From Eledone cirrhosa (taxonomy: Eukaryota), in contig OZ024751.1 of NCBI GenBank assembly GCA_964016885.1, forward strand, positions 50,406,001 through 50,470,000: 64,000 nt of DNA, read 5' to 3'. Positions 46,559 to 61,820 of the stretch are shown here, piece by piece. Position 1 is the first letter of the stretch. Every line of letters starts with the position of its first letter. The notes under the pieces are model-generated. The model searched no databases. It was given only the letters and a program-made list of their open reading frames with translations, and was not told the origin of the DNA. Made by a program: the position numbers and the translations under genes.

Positions 46559-47301
46559 TCTGGGTCCCTTAACTGCGGTGGTCTCGAGTGCTGGTGTGGA
46601 TGACCCTGGCTCTGGAGACGATGCAGCCAGGTCAGCTGTCCCACAATCTTCTCTGCCATCACTAAAAAATTTTTCTGATCTGCTGCTGCCATCTGTATCT
46701 CGTCGGCATGTGCGTGCCTTCTCCTTGTTGGTGCAGCACGCGCGACATCAGCATACTTCTGGAGCGGCTTATTTCGGCTTTGGCTGGGGCATGTTGCGCG
46801 AGTATGATGGGCATAGTTCGTTTGAGACCTAGGGTGGGCGAATCTGCATCCCATCCCTGTCTCTCCATGCCAGCATGTCCCGTTCTTGAAAAACTTGCAC
46901 ATTACTTGGGGTTTTTTGCTCCCAGTGTCTCGGTGCTTTCTGTTCTTTCTTTGAACAGTTGTCCACTGGTCCCTCTGCGCTTGGTTCTGCTTCGGAAGGT
47001 GATTTCGCTTTTCACCTTTGCCCTTAGCTTGTTGGTTGCCCGGCCTGCCCTCCCTGCCTGTAGCGGAGGGTATATCATTTTCTTTCAGGTCCGTGCTTGT
47101 GCTCTCCTCCTTTTCTTTTTCCTCTTCCTTTTCCCTCTCCTTCTCCTCATCCCTCCCTTCGGTTTTCTCCTCCCTGAGGACACGGCTTAGCATCGCCATA
47201 TGAGGCGCTATGAGGACATACGCCTTCTCAATTTCTTTTCTCTTTCTCTCTATCTGTACCAGGGTTCTCATAAACCCATGGCTCTTCAGGTTCTCCGCCA
47301 T
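46477..47301 (-). CDS. LINE ORF1 protein (charged/coiled region and CCCH zinc finger)
   Basis: ATG start; [22 protein letters not shown]; lies directly upstream of and overlaps the APE-RT frame. Confidence 0.75.
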   Translation of the reverse strand: MAENLKSHGFMRTLVQIERKRKEIEKAYVLIAPHMAMLSRVLREEKTEGRDEEKEREKEEEKEKEESTSTDLKENDIPSATGREGRPGNQQAKGKGEKRNHLPKQNQAQRDQWTTVQRKNRKHRDTGSKKPQVMCKFFKNGTCWHGETGMGCRFAHPRSQTNYAHHTRATCPSQSRNKPLQKYADVARAAPTRRRHAHADEIQMAAADQKNFLVMAEKIVGQLTWLHRLQSQGHPHQHSRPPQLRDPEWPPLTPDQVSYRQPLLAPQKSHQCCC

Positions 47302-47304
47302 CTT

Positions 47305-49200
<1,896 letters not shown>

Positions 49201-49345
49201 GTATGCTTTTGTGTTTTTTGTGTGTGTTTGCATGTGTAGTTTTATTTTATTTTATTTTTCCTTTCCTTCTCCCTTTTCCAGCCTCACTTTCATATAGATT
49301 GCATTTTTGTTTTTAGAATCCATATTCAATAAACAAACCAGGATT

Positions 49346-49405
49346 TTTCATTCTGAGGATTGAAAGCAAAACCTTTTGCTTTTAAGAAACCACTGGTAAA
49401 TGGAA
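49346..49405 (+). ncRNA. Type I hammerhead ribozyme (probable Penelope pLTR remnant)
   Basis: tttcatt CTGAGGA ttgaaagcaaa-acct-tttgcttttaa GAAAC cactg GTA aatggaa. Confidence 0.82.
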
Positions 49406-49441
49406 TAATTGCCTTATGTTGTTTATTACATAATAATAATA

Positions 49442-49563
<122 letters not shown>

Positions 49564-49720
49564 CATATATATACATATATATACATATATATATACATAT
49601 ATATACATATATATATACATATATATACATATATGGAAAGTTATATTTAAATTGTTGTGTTACAACTAGTAAATATTTATAACTGATATAAAAGCACTCG
49701 ACAAATATTTGGAGTATATT

Positions 49721-50080
49721 TACAATATTAAATAAATGGAAACTATATTTATAAAACCATATTTATTTCATTATATATATTTCAGGGATAACATATTAAC
49801 AATATGCTATGCCTTCCTCAGACAAAATACAATATAAATAGTTTTATAGATAAATAGATTCGACATACCGTAACAACATCTACTTGGGAAGGTTCACAAC
49901 CAAATCAACCTTCCCAAGTAGATGTTGTTACGGTATGTCGAATCTATTTATCTATAAAACTGTTTATATTGTATTTTGTCTGAGGAAGGCATAGCATATT
50001 GTTAATATGTTATCCCTGAAATATATATAATGAAATAAATATGGTTTTATAAATATAGTTTCCATTTATTTAATATTGTA
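49721..50080. repeat. 360-bp palindrome (174-bp arms, 12-nt loop 49895-49906)
   Basis: Arms are reverse complements with one mismatch seen. Confidence 0.95.
49972..50037 (+). ncRNA. Type I hammerhead ribozyme in the palindrome arm (mirror copy at 49764-49829 on minus)
   Basis: tattttgt CTGAGGA agg-c-atagcatatt-gtt-aatatgttat-c-cct GAAA tatat ATA atgaaata. Confidence 0.78.
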
Positions 50081-51044
<964 letters not shown>

Positions 51045-51653
51045 TGGTGGCTGCCAACTCGTTTTCGAGTACGGCCACTACTTTATATCCATGTAGGAGA
51101 ACCCCTACTGATGCGCTGAACGAGTGTGACTTTTTAGTCCAGCCAGCGACTTGAAAACTCTGGTACAAAGACTACACTTGTGACAATTATTGACACATAG
51201 TGTTGGGCCCATGGTACCATGTGACGACAAGTGCAGAGAGATCTCCAGATATAAAGCAATGCCTGTGCCGTGAAGCTTTTATAGTGAGCAAAGGCACTGC
51301 ACAAAGCCAGTCCCACTCTCTTAACCAAGATGATATTTACCAAAAAGAAGAACAAGTCAACATCATTGGATACCATCAGGGTTGCAGGTGTTATATCAGA
51401 GTTTTCCTTCTCCTAGAATTCTGCCTTGACAAAGGCTAAGGGGTCATCTCTCCCGGTGATTTTGGATGGCCATTGACTCTTAAGAGCTCCTTTGCCCTTT
51501 GACAGGTTTTGTTTTTAGTCCTGCAGGATGTCCAAAGTCACCCTCCTCACCAAGAAAATTTGGTGGGGTTGCCAGTTTAGTCGCCAACGACCCGACCATG
51601 AGACAGGTTGTACTGGGATACATGTTACCAGTAGCACCAACTGGTGACCTGAC
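51045..51653 (-). mobile_element. Element X full copy 4
   Basis: Reverse complement of 15646-16254; same 5' start GTCAGGTCACCAG. Confidence 0.9.
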
Positions 51654-51697
51654 ATATATATATACATATATATATACATACATATATATATACATAC

Positions 51698-51730
<33 letters not shown>

Positions 51731-51781
51731 CATATATATATACATATATATATATACATACATATATATATATATACATAC

Positions 51782-51812
<31 letters not shown>

Positions 51813-51995
51813 CATATATATATATATACATACATATATATATATACATATATATATACATATATATATATACATACATATATATATACATACATATATA
51901 TATACATACATATATATATATACATACATATATATATATACATACATATGTATATATATATATATATGTATATATATATACATACATACATACAT

Positions 51996-52026
<31 letters not shown>

Positions 52027-52040
52027 CATACATATATATA

Positions 52041-54138
52041 GAAAGACAGTCTCCCCCATATCGACCCAATAGAGGGACCAGCAGTGTTAGTCGAGGGGAG
52101 TATAATAAGTAAGGCAATCAAGGATATGAAGACGGGTAAGGCGGCTGGGCCTTCGGAAATAGTTGCTGAGATGCTGAAGGCATCTGGCACGGTGGGACAC
52201 ACCATGGTCACCCGCATAGTTAACCAAGTCGTACAGAATGGGGTTGTTCCGAAGGACTGGCATAGCAGCATCATCATTAACTGTTATAAGGGTAAAGGAG
52301 ACGCCCTAGATAGGAGTAACTATAGAGGCATTAAATTAATCGACCAGGTCATGAAGGTCACGGAAAAAGTAATAGCGCAACTAATCAGAGAGAGAATTGA
52401 CCTAGGTGAAATGCAGTTCGGGTTTGTGTCAGGCCAAAGTACCACAGACGCTCTTTTCATAGTACGACAACTACAGGAGAAGTACCTAGCTAAAGGTAAA
52501 CCCCTCTACTTAGCTTTTGTCGACTTGGAGAAAGCCTTCGACAGAGTCCCCCGCTCCATTATCTGGTGGGCTCTTAGAAAACTAGGCGTTGACGAATGGC
52601 TTGTGAGGGCTATACAAGCCATGTATAAAGAAACAGTCAGCAAGGTTAGAATTAACAACGAATATAGTGAAGAGTTTAGCGTAAAAGTTGGCGTCCATCA
52701 GGGCTCTGTTCTCAGCCCACTACTATTTATTATTGCCCTTCAGGCTATAACAGAGGAGTTCAAGACAGGCTGCCCATGGGAACTCCTATACGCAGACGAC
52801 CTGACACTCATAGCGGAATCAATGGCCGAGCTAGAGAAGAAATTCCAAACATGGAAGCACGGCCTAGAGTCAAAAGGACTTAAAATTAACCTGGCTAAGA
52901 CCAAAGTACTAGTTTGTAGGAAAGAAAACAAGGCGGCGGTCCTTTCTGGGAAATGGTCGTGCTCGGTGTGTAGGAAAGGCGTAGGTAGAAACTCCATTTT
53001 ATGTCCTAAATGCAAAGTATGGGTGCATAAAAGATGTAGTGGGATCACAGGTAAGCTAACTAAGAACATAGATTTTACATGTGGCCGGTGCTCTGGTGCA
53101 ATAAGTAGTAGCAAGTGCCCACAAAATACTAGCTCTTTCAATTGCGCAGAGGGTTCTATAGAAATAGTGGACAGCTTCCGTTACCTGGGCGATAAAATCA
53201 GCAGTGGGGGAGGGTGCTCTGAAAGTACTGTAGCTAGAGTCAGAACTGGTTGGAAAAAGTTCAGAGAGCTTATACCACTATTAGCTGCTAAAGGGTTCTC
53301 CCTAAAAATGAAAGGCAGGTTGTACGATGCCTGCATACGAACAGCAATGCTGCATGGCAGTGAGACCTGGGCATTGTGTGCAGAGGATATACGCAGACTA
53401 GAGAGGAACGAAGCTTGCATGCTCCGCTGGATGTGTAACAGTAATATACGTGAACGGCAAAGCATAAACGAACTAAGGAAAAAATTAGAGATAAGAGGGA
53501 TCAGATGTTGTTTACTCGAGAGAAGGCTACGTTGGTATGGACACGTGATGCGCATGAAAGTCGATAGCTGTATAACAAAGTGCAGGGCAATAAAGATAGA
53601 CGGTAGTCACGGAATAGGCAGACCTAGAAAAACCTGGGACGAGCTGATAAACTCCGACATCACACACTTACACCTCTCCAAGACAATGTCACTGGACCGA
53701 GACCTTTGGCGGTACTCAGTAACAGAGAAGACCCGCCTTACCTAAATATATAGTAAAACCTACTCCAGCCAGTAGGCATCTCTAACAAAATACACCCCGT
53801 CCCACCACCCCCACCCCCACCCCATCCACACCACCCCGTTCTATGTAAAGTTATGTTGGTGCCGCGCCATCGAGGCCGAAACAAATGAGATCGTGTAGGT
53901 GTCACGACAAAAAAACACACAGTCCACGCTGTAATGTGGCCGTGTAGGCAACACGGTAAAAACCTCCCAGACCCAAACTGTAAATGTGGTTGGTGTTAGG
54001 AAGGGCATCCAACTGTAGAAAACCTGCCAGACAGTCCTATGCGAGCAAGACAATCACTCTTGCCTCAAGTGGGACTAGCCCCGTCCAAACCCATGCAAGC
54101 GTGGAACACGGACGTTAAACGTTGATGATGATGATGAT
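52041..54138 (+). mobile_element. Young RTE-clade LINE copy 3 (5'-truncated)
   Basis: Open ORF 52084-53745, 3' UTR, (GAT)n tail. Confidence 0.96.
52084..53745 (+). CDS. RTE reverse transcriptase with PHD insert (553 aa open frame)
   Basis: Nearly identical to the 27885-29546 product. Confidence 0.87.
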   Translation: MLVEGSIISKAIKDMKTGKAAGPSEIVAEMLKASGTVGHTMVTRIVNQVVQNGVVPKDWHSSIIINCYKGKGDALDRSNYRGIKLIDQVMKVTEKVIAQLIRERIDLGEMQFGFVSGQSTTDALFIVRQLQEKYLAKGKPLYLAFVDLEKAFDRVPRSIIWWALRKLGVDEWLVRAIQAMYKETVSKVRINNEYSEEFSVKVGVHQGSVLSPLLFIIALQAITEEFKTGCPWELLYADDLTLIAESMAELEKKFQTWKHGLESKGLKINLAKTKVLVCRKENKAAVLSGKWSCSVCRKGVGRNSILCPKCKVWVHKRCSGITGKLTKNIDFTCGRCSGAISSSKCPQNTSSFNCAEGSIEIVDSFRYLGDKISSGGGCSESTVARVRTGWKKFRELIPLLAAKGFSLKMKGRLYDACIRTAMLHGSETWALCAEDIRRLERNEACMLRWMCNSNIRERQSINELRKKLEIRGIRCCLLERRLRWYGHVMRMKVDSCITKCRAIKIDGSHGIGRPRKTWDELINSDITHLHLSKTMSLDRDLWRYSVTEKTRLT

Positions 54139-54189
54139 ATATATATATATACATATATTTACATGTATATATATATGTATATATATATG

Positions 54190-54220
<31 letters not shown>

Positions 54221-54291
54221 GTATATATATATATATGTATATATATATGTATATATATATGTATATATATATATATATGTATATATATATG

Positions 54292-54323
<32 letters not shown>

Positions 54324-54526
54324 CGTATGTATGTATATATATATGTATGTATGTATATATATATGTATGTATATATATATGTATGTATGTATATATATAT
54401 GTATGTATGTATATATATATATGTATGTATGTATATATATATATATATGTATGTATATATATATATGTATGTATATATATATATGTATGTATATATATAT
54501 ATGTATGTATATATATATATGTATGT

Positions 54527-54567
<41 letters not shown>

Positions 54568-54575
54568 TATGTATG

Positions 54576-54606
<31 letters not shown>

Positions 54607-54843
54607 GTATATATATATATGTATGTATATATATATGTATGTATATATATATGTATGTATATATATATATGTATGTATATATATATATGTATGTATATAT
54701 ATATATGTATGTATATATATATATGTATGTATATATATATATATGTATGTATATATATATATGTATATATATATATGTATGTATATATATATATGTATAT
54801 ATATATATATGTATATATATGTATATATTTATATATATGTATG

Positions 54844-54878
<35 letters not shown>

Positions 54879-54921
54879 GTCGTTTCTGAATTTGGCAACA
54901 TGACCCTCCCAAAGTATAACA

Positions 54922-54952
<31 letters not shown>

Positions 54953-55018
54953 TGTATGTATATATATGTATATATATATATATATATGTATGTATATATA
55001 TATATATATATATGTATG

Positions 55019-55071
<53 letters not shown>

Positions 55072-55080
55072 GTATGTATG

Positions 55081-55117
<37 letters not shown>

Positions 55118-55478
55118 GTATATATATATATGTATGTATATATATATATGTATGTATATATATATATGTATGTATATATATATATGTATGTATATATATA
55201 TATGTATATATATATGTATGTATATATGTATGTATGTATATATGTATGTATGTATATATATATATGTATATATATATGTACATATGTATATATATATGTA
55301 CATATATATATATACATATATATATATACATATATATATATACATATATATATATACATATATATACATACATATATATATATACATATATATATACATA
55401 TATACATATATATATATACATATATATATACATATATATATACATATATGTATATATATATATGTATATATATATATG

Positions 55479-55533
<55 letters not shown>

Positions 55534-55538
55534 GTATG

Positions 55539-55573
<35 letters not shown>

Positions 55574-55600
55574 GTATATATGTATGTATGTATATAGTAT
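54139..55600. repeat. (TA)n/(TATG)n array with an island at 54879-54922 and a C-type patch at about 55270-55445
   Basis: Directly visible. Confidence 0.96.
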
Positions 55601-56194
55601 TAATTATACTATTTATGGTTATGTAAATACAAAAGCCTTTTGCAGTTATATATATTTTTTTATACGAACCCTCAATATCGAATTGTCGTGGATTATGTGA
55701 GGGGCATATAATCTGAAAAATACACTCCCCTGACTATGAAAATGTCGAAGTACATGAAGTCCATAACATCCCTGCGCTGTGCATTTCCAATACTTTTAAT
55801 ATTTTTAATGCTTGTACTATTTTTAATGCTTATATCATTTCTCTACACACAGACTATAACAATCATATTAAGAATTCGCCACCAGATCAACCAACCTAAC
55901 ACTCTTGTTTACCTACATAAGTGCTTCTACTACACGTAACTCTCTGCCACACTATATACACAAGACGCACGTGCTTGTCACACATATAACATTTGCACTA
56001 TATAACCGCTTATTCTCATGTACTTTAACCTGTATTTTTGATTTTTGATTGTACCTTTTAATATGAATGTAATCTCTAAGTGTGTACTGCCACTCTAAAT
56101 GCTGTAATGAATGTTGACCCACAATATTTGCATATGTATCTGTATGTCTCTTGGGTGAAAAGGAGGTCATATAACTGTCCATTCATTAATAAAT

Positions 56195-56241
56195 TGCTCC
56201 GAAGAATCCAAACCTCGGTTTGGCGGAAACAGTTGTAAGCA
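56195..56241 (+). ncRNA. Variant hammerhead ribozyme at the end of a probable degraded Penelope-like fragment (about 55600-56290)
   Basis: tgct CCGAAGA at ccaaacc-tc-ggtttgg cg GAAAC agtt GTA agca; core has U4C. Confidence 0.62.
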
Positions 56242-56292
56242 CAAAAATGTTTTGAACAGTTCTTTGATTCTTATATTTCATATTTCATGTAT

Positions 56293-56332
<40 letters not shown>

Positions 56333-56347
56333 GTATGTATATATATA

Positions 56348-56908
56348 TGTCTCATGGTCGGGTCGTTGGCGATTAAACTGGCAACCCCACCAAGGTTTCT
56401 TGGTGAGGAGGGTGACTTTGGACATCCTACAGGATTAAAAACAAAACCTGTGAAAGGGCAAAGGAGCTCTTAAGAGTCAATGGCCATCCAAAATCACCGG
56501 GAGAGATGACCCCTTAGCCTTTGTCAAGGCAGATTTCTAGGAGAAGGAAAACTCTGATATAACACCTGCAACCCTGATGGTATCCAATGATATTGACTTG
56601 TTCTTCTTTTTGGTAAATATCATCTTGGTTAAGAGAGTGGGACTGGCTTTGTTCAGTGCCTTTGCTCACTATAAAAGCTTCACGGCACACACATTGCTTT
56701 ATATCTGGAGATCTCTCTGCACTTGTCATCACATGGTGCCATGGGCCCAGCACTATGTGTCAGTAATTGTCACAAGTGTAGTGTTTGTACGAGGGTTTTC
56801 AAGTCGCTGGCTGGACTAAAAAGTCACACTCGTTCAGTGCATCGGTAAGGGTTCTCCTACATGGATATAAAGTAGTGGCCGTACTCGAAAACGAGTCGGC
56901 AGCCACCA
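56348..56908 (+). mobile_element. Element X copy 5 (5'-truncated)
   Basis: Similarity to 15646-16254; same 3' end. Confidence 0.88.
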
Positions 56909-56924
56909 TATATATATGTATATG

Positions 56925-56967
<43 letters not shown>

Positions 56968-56969
<2 letters not shown>

Positions 56970-57899
56970 CAGGTCACCAGTTGGTGCTACTAGTAACATG
57001 TATCCCAGTACAACCTGTCTCATGGTCGGGTCGTTGGCGACTAAACTGGCAATGTGAGGTCGGAATTTATCAGCTCGTCCCAGGTTTTTCTGGGTCTGCC
57101 TACTCCGTGGCTACCGTCTATCTTTATTGCCCTGCACTTTGTTATACAGCTGTCGTCTTTCATGCGCATCACGTGACCATACCAACGTAGCCTTCTCTCG
57201 AGTAAACAACATCTAATCCTTCTTATTTCTAATTTTTTCCTTAGTTCGTTTATGCTTTGCCGTTCACGTATATTACTATTACACATCCAGCGGAGCATGC
57301 AAGTTTCGTTCCTCTCTAGTCTGCGTATATCCTCTGAACACAATGCCCAGGTCTCACTGCCATGCAACATTGCTGTCCGTATGCAGGCATCATACAACCT
57401 GCCTTTCATTTTTAGGGAGAACCCTTTAGCGGCTAATAGTGGTATAAGCTCTCTGAACTTTTTCCATCCAGTTCTGACTCTAGCTACTGTACTTTCAGAG
57501 CACCCTCCCCCACTGCTGATTTTGTCACCCAGGTAACGGAAGCTGTCCACTATTTCTATAGAACCCTCTCCGCAATTGAAAGAGCTAGTATTTGTGGGCA
57601 CTTGCTGCTACTTATTGCACCAGAGCACCGGCCACATGTAAAATCTATGTTCTTAGTTAGCTTACCTGTGATCCCACTACATCTTTTATGCACCCATACT
57701 TTGCATTTGGGACATAAAATGGAGTTTCTACCTACGCCTTTCCTACACACTGAGCATGGCCATTTCCCAGAAGGGACCGCCGCCGTATTTTCTTTCCTAC
57801 AAACTAGAACTTTAGTCTTAGCCAGGTTAATTTTAAGTCCTTTTGATTCTAGGCTGTGCTTCCATGTTTGGAATTTCTTCTCTAGCTCGGCCATTGATT
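56968..57899. mobile_element. Chimera: 5' 85 bp of element X (+) fused to an internal RTE RT fragment (-)
   Basis: Junction ...actaaactggcaa|tgtgaggtcgg at 57052/57053; the RTE piece has a frameshift. Confidence 0.88.
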
Positions 57900-57989
57900 T
57901 ATGCGCAAATATGTAAATGTATATCATTATCTTGATATATGTGTGTATATATGTATAGCAGGGAAATGCAGATGTAAAATGAATGAATA

Positions 57990-58250
57990 TATATTATGTT
58001 GGTACCACAAAACATCCAGCCCACACTGTAAAGTGGCCGTGTAAAAGAGGAGACAAATCACCCAGCACACACTGTAAATGTGGTCAGCGTTAGGAAGGGC
58101 ATCCATCCGTAGAAAACCATCCAGAAACAGTCCTATGTGAGCAAGACACTGGCACCCGACCCAACTTGCCTCTCGATGGGACAAACCTGTCTAACCCATG
58201 TTAGCTTGGAAGATAGACATTAAACGATGATGATGATGATGGTGATGATA
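57990..58250 (+). mobile_element. Diverged RTE 3' UTR/SINE tail with (GAT)n
   Basis: cacactgtaaatgtggtcagcgttaggaagggcatcc...cagtcctatgtgagcaagac...gacattaaacgatgatgat. Confidence 0.75.
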
Positions 58251-58646
58251 TAAATGTGTATGTGTGTGTTTAGAGAGAGAGAGACTGTGAATTTCGTCAG
58301 ATGAGACAAAGGAAACAAGGTTTCCATTAGTTTCTTCCATTGCTGATACTATCTGCTAGACCATGGGAGCTGCTGTTTATGAAATTGGACTAAAACTTAG
58401 CAACAATAAGTAAATAAGTTACTGTAAGAGTGGAGAGGCTGGTTTAATGGAGTGGAGGAATATATTGATCAATGACAACATGGAGGGGAGGAAGAGGAGA
58501 AGGAGGAATATTGTAGACATTGAAACCATAACTTGTGATTGTCAGTTTACAACCAGGCAGATGTTGCCTGGCTATAGGTAAATATATACATACACACACA
58601 CATATATATGTGTGTGTATGTATATATATATGTGTATATGTGTATG

Positions 58647-58691
<45 letters not shown>

Positions 58692-58724
58692 TATAGCCTG
58701 GTTGTAAACTGACAGTCATCCCAT

Positions 58725-59102
58725 GCTATAAATGTGGTTGGTGTTAGGAAGGGCATCTAGCAACCATAAAAACCCACCAAGGTATGGTGCATACAACAGG
58801 CACAACAGGCCAGACCTCCCTCATAACATGACCACTCAGCTCCTAAAATACAGTTCTGTTGTGGACAGGGTATGGCGCGGCCAACCGCCCAGGCTCTCTT
58901 CATAACGGGACCACCCACTTCCTCTCAGTAAATGCGGTTGGTGTTAGGAAGGGCCCCTAGCTGTAAAAAAAATAAACCCCACCCAAAATACAGTTCTGTT
59001 TGTATAAGGTACAGTGTGGCCAACTGGCCAGATTTGTCACATAAAGTGGACAACCTGTCTAACCCATGCAAGCGTGGAGAAAATAAATGTTAAGTGGTGA
59101 TG
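58725..59102 (+). mobile_element. Old RTE-tail/SINE fragment with internal duplication
   Basis: Two copies of aaatg(t/c)ggttggtgttaggaagggc and of aaaatacagttctgtt; ends acccatgcaagcgtgga. Confidence 0.65.
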
Positions 59103-59132
59103 AGGATTATATATGTATATATATATGTATAA

Positions 59133-59376
59133 GTGACACAGAGGAGACTGAGGTTAGCTGGACATGCTCACCGACATCCAGAGTTGACATTGCACTCAGT
59201 GCTCCTTTGGGAGCCCCTACATGGACACACTAGAAGAGGAAGACCAAGGTTAACGTATATTGATGCCTTAAGGACAGACACTGGTCTGTTGGAGACGCAG
59301 GACATGGCAGCGATAATGAGGGACAGAGACCGCTGGAAAGAACTCGTCCATGGATCTCGGGAATTTTACCCGCCTT

Positions 59377-59378
<2 letters not shown>
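59133..59378 (+). mobile_element. RTE-X-like LINE 3' end, stop codon followed directly by (AT)n
   Basis: RRLRLAGHAHRHPE...LLWEPLHG..RGRPRLTYIDAL..DTGL...MRDRDRW. Confidence 0.85.
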
Positions 59379-59421
<43 letters not shown>

Positions 59422-59456
59422 GGCTGCTCCCTCGTTATCGAGTATGGCCAAATATA

Positions 59457-59749
59457 TCATCATTTCATTTTATCCGCTTTTTCCCTGCTTGCAAGGGTGG
59501 AACGGGAACTGATTCTGGCTTGATTTCTACAGCTGGATGCCCTTTCTAACACCAACCTCATTTACAGTGAGTGCTGGGTGCTTTTTTGCCGTGGCACCTG
59601 CACGACCACTATTTCTACAGCTGAGTGAACTGGAGCCATGTGAAATAAAGTGTCTTGCTCAAGGAAACAACACATCACCCGGTCTGAGAATTGAACTCAC
59701 AACCTTTCGATTGCAAAGCCAATGCTCTAACCACTAAGCCATGTGCCTT
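59457..59749 (-). mobile_element. tRNA-derived SINE (internally deleted relative of 35525-35877)
   Basis: Near-identical head and tail; lacks the ~40-bp middle segment. Confidence 0.9.
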
Positions 59750-59826
59750 CATATATAAATATATATATATATAAATATATAATATATATATATATATATA
59801 CACATGCATACATACACACATATATA

Positions 59827-59899
59827 TACCGGCTGATCCAAAACTGACTAGACCATTTATATAATTTGAAATGTCTAGTAAATTTTGGACCACCCAGTA
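59827..59899. mobile_element. Tiny Tc1/mariner-type MITE
   Basis: TA-flanked imperfect TIRs ccggctgatccaaaactgactagac / gtctagtaaattttggaccacccag. Confidence 0.6.
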
Positions 59900-60529
59900 C
59901 ACACATACACACATAAAGGAAAGTAAAAACCTTGAAAAGGCTTGCTGAATACAGGCGTCGCTGTCTGGTTTTTTTTATCTTCCTCTATACCCACTCTACT
60001 TCTTCCTATGTACAGAGTACTCTCCTGATTTGTGGTCTCCTTGGGTCTCAGACTTTATATATCTATATATATATATATGTGTGTGTCTGTATATATATAC
60101 ACACACACACACATATGTACATGCACATATATGTACATGCGCATATATGCACTCACACATATGTATTGATAGAAGTTAAAGCATTTGAAAAGAGTTATAT
60201 TGTATATTGTAAACATGACTCAGAATATAGTGTGTGTGAGAGAGAGGGGGAGAGAGAGACAGACAGATACACAAACAGACATATAGAGAGATATATAAGC
60301 AGACGGAGAGATACCCAGACAAACAGTCAGATATAGAGACAGACATACACAGACAAACAGATATACAGACATACAGATATATAGACAGAAAGATACACAG
60401 TCAGAGATGGATCTTTCCCACCAAAAGTCCAATAAAAAACATCCTTTATTGACTAATGATCCATAAAAAATAACTGCAAACTTTAATATAATAAATGGAG
60501 CTTTTGTTTCTTTTGAATGTCTTTCTACT

Positions 60530-60985
60530 TTCCACACCCCCTCTCTCTCTCTCCCCATTATATTTCCTCATCATGCCCCCTTCCTTTGAGCTCCTCTCAC
60601 CCCACTTGAACCTTCTCTCCACCCAAAATGCACATCTCTCTCCTCATGAAGCCTCCTCTCTCTCATCACTCATCTCCCCTCTTTTGAGCTCCTCTCTTCC
60701 CCCACAAGAACCTACTCTCCACCCCAAATACTCATCTCTTTCCCCATGACCCTGCCCCCTCTCACCCCCTCCTCTCACCCCCCTCTCACCCCCCCTCCTT
60801 TAAGCTTCTCTCTCTCCCCACAAGAACCTAGTCTCCACCCCAAATACTCATCTCCCTTCCTGCGCTTTCTCATCACTCACCCACTTCCTCCTTTGAGCTC
60901 CTCTCTTTCCTCCTTTGAGCTCCTCTCTCTCCTCCTTTGAGCTCCTCTCTCTCCTCCCCGCAAAAACCAACTCCCTACCCCAGTA
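60530..60985. repeat. Pyrimidine-rich degenerate repeat (cctttgagctcctctct units)
   Basis: Repeated cctttgagctcctctc and ccccacaagaaccta..ctccaccccaaatactcatctc. Confidence 0.75.
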
Positions 60986-61327
60986 TTTTTCTGCTATTTA
61001 AAAACAACCACCAAAACAAAATTTTTCTTTTGAATCTGAAAGATAAAATAAAACAATTATCACTGATTTAAAAAAAAAGTTTTAATTGTTTGTATTTTTT
61101 CCTCCTTTAATCCTCTTCCACACAAGCTCCACCTCTTCACAACCATCTACTGTGCCTCTATGTTGCTGCTCATCTCCCTGCCAGTTTCTCTAAAGAATTG
61201 TTCTAAATATTAATTTACTAATGAAAAAGTTAGTTATTCTGTTAAATTCCTCCAAAATATTGGCTTATTTTCCAAATTAATTGAAACACAGGCAATGTAT
61301 TTCATTAGAAATATTGTACAGAAAGGG

Positions 61328-61554
61328 TTAACCCTTTAGCATTTACATTACTCTATATATACTATTGAGTTTTCATGGTAAAGGCTTTACCTCACATAAT
61401 TATCTCACATAATATTGAATCTATGAGATTTTAATATTATCTATTTTGAGAACAATACCTTAACATCGGTATGAGTAGCAAGTTATGGCCGGTTTGAACA
61501 GAAAGGGGTGAGAATTCTGGCCAGACATGGCCAGTTTAAATGCTAAAGGGTTAA
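61328..61554. mobile_element. piggyBac-like MITE, abutting another TTAA-ended element on its left
   Basis: ttaaccctttagcattta...taaatgctaaagggttaa; preceded by gaaagggttaa. Confidence 0.82.
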
Positions 61555-61820
61555 ATAGAAACATCTGTAATTACATCAACATTAAATGGTGAAAATATAG
61601 GGTCCTTTGTATTTTATAGCATGGTGTGTTTATAGGGGGGTTGTTTCATATTTTATAATGTGGTGGGAATATAGGGGGTAGTGTGTTTATAGGATGTTGT
61701 TTTATATTTTATAGTATGGTTTGTTTATAGGGGTTGTTTCACATTTTATACATTTTATAAGGAAAAAGTAGGTAGACTGAGGTGTGTGAAAAGTGTTGTT
61801 AATCTGTCCTGGTTTAATAA

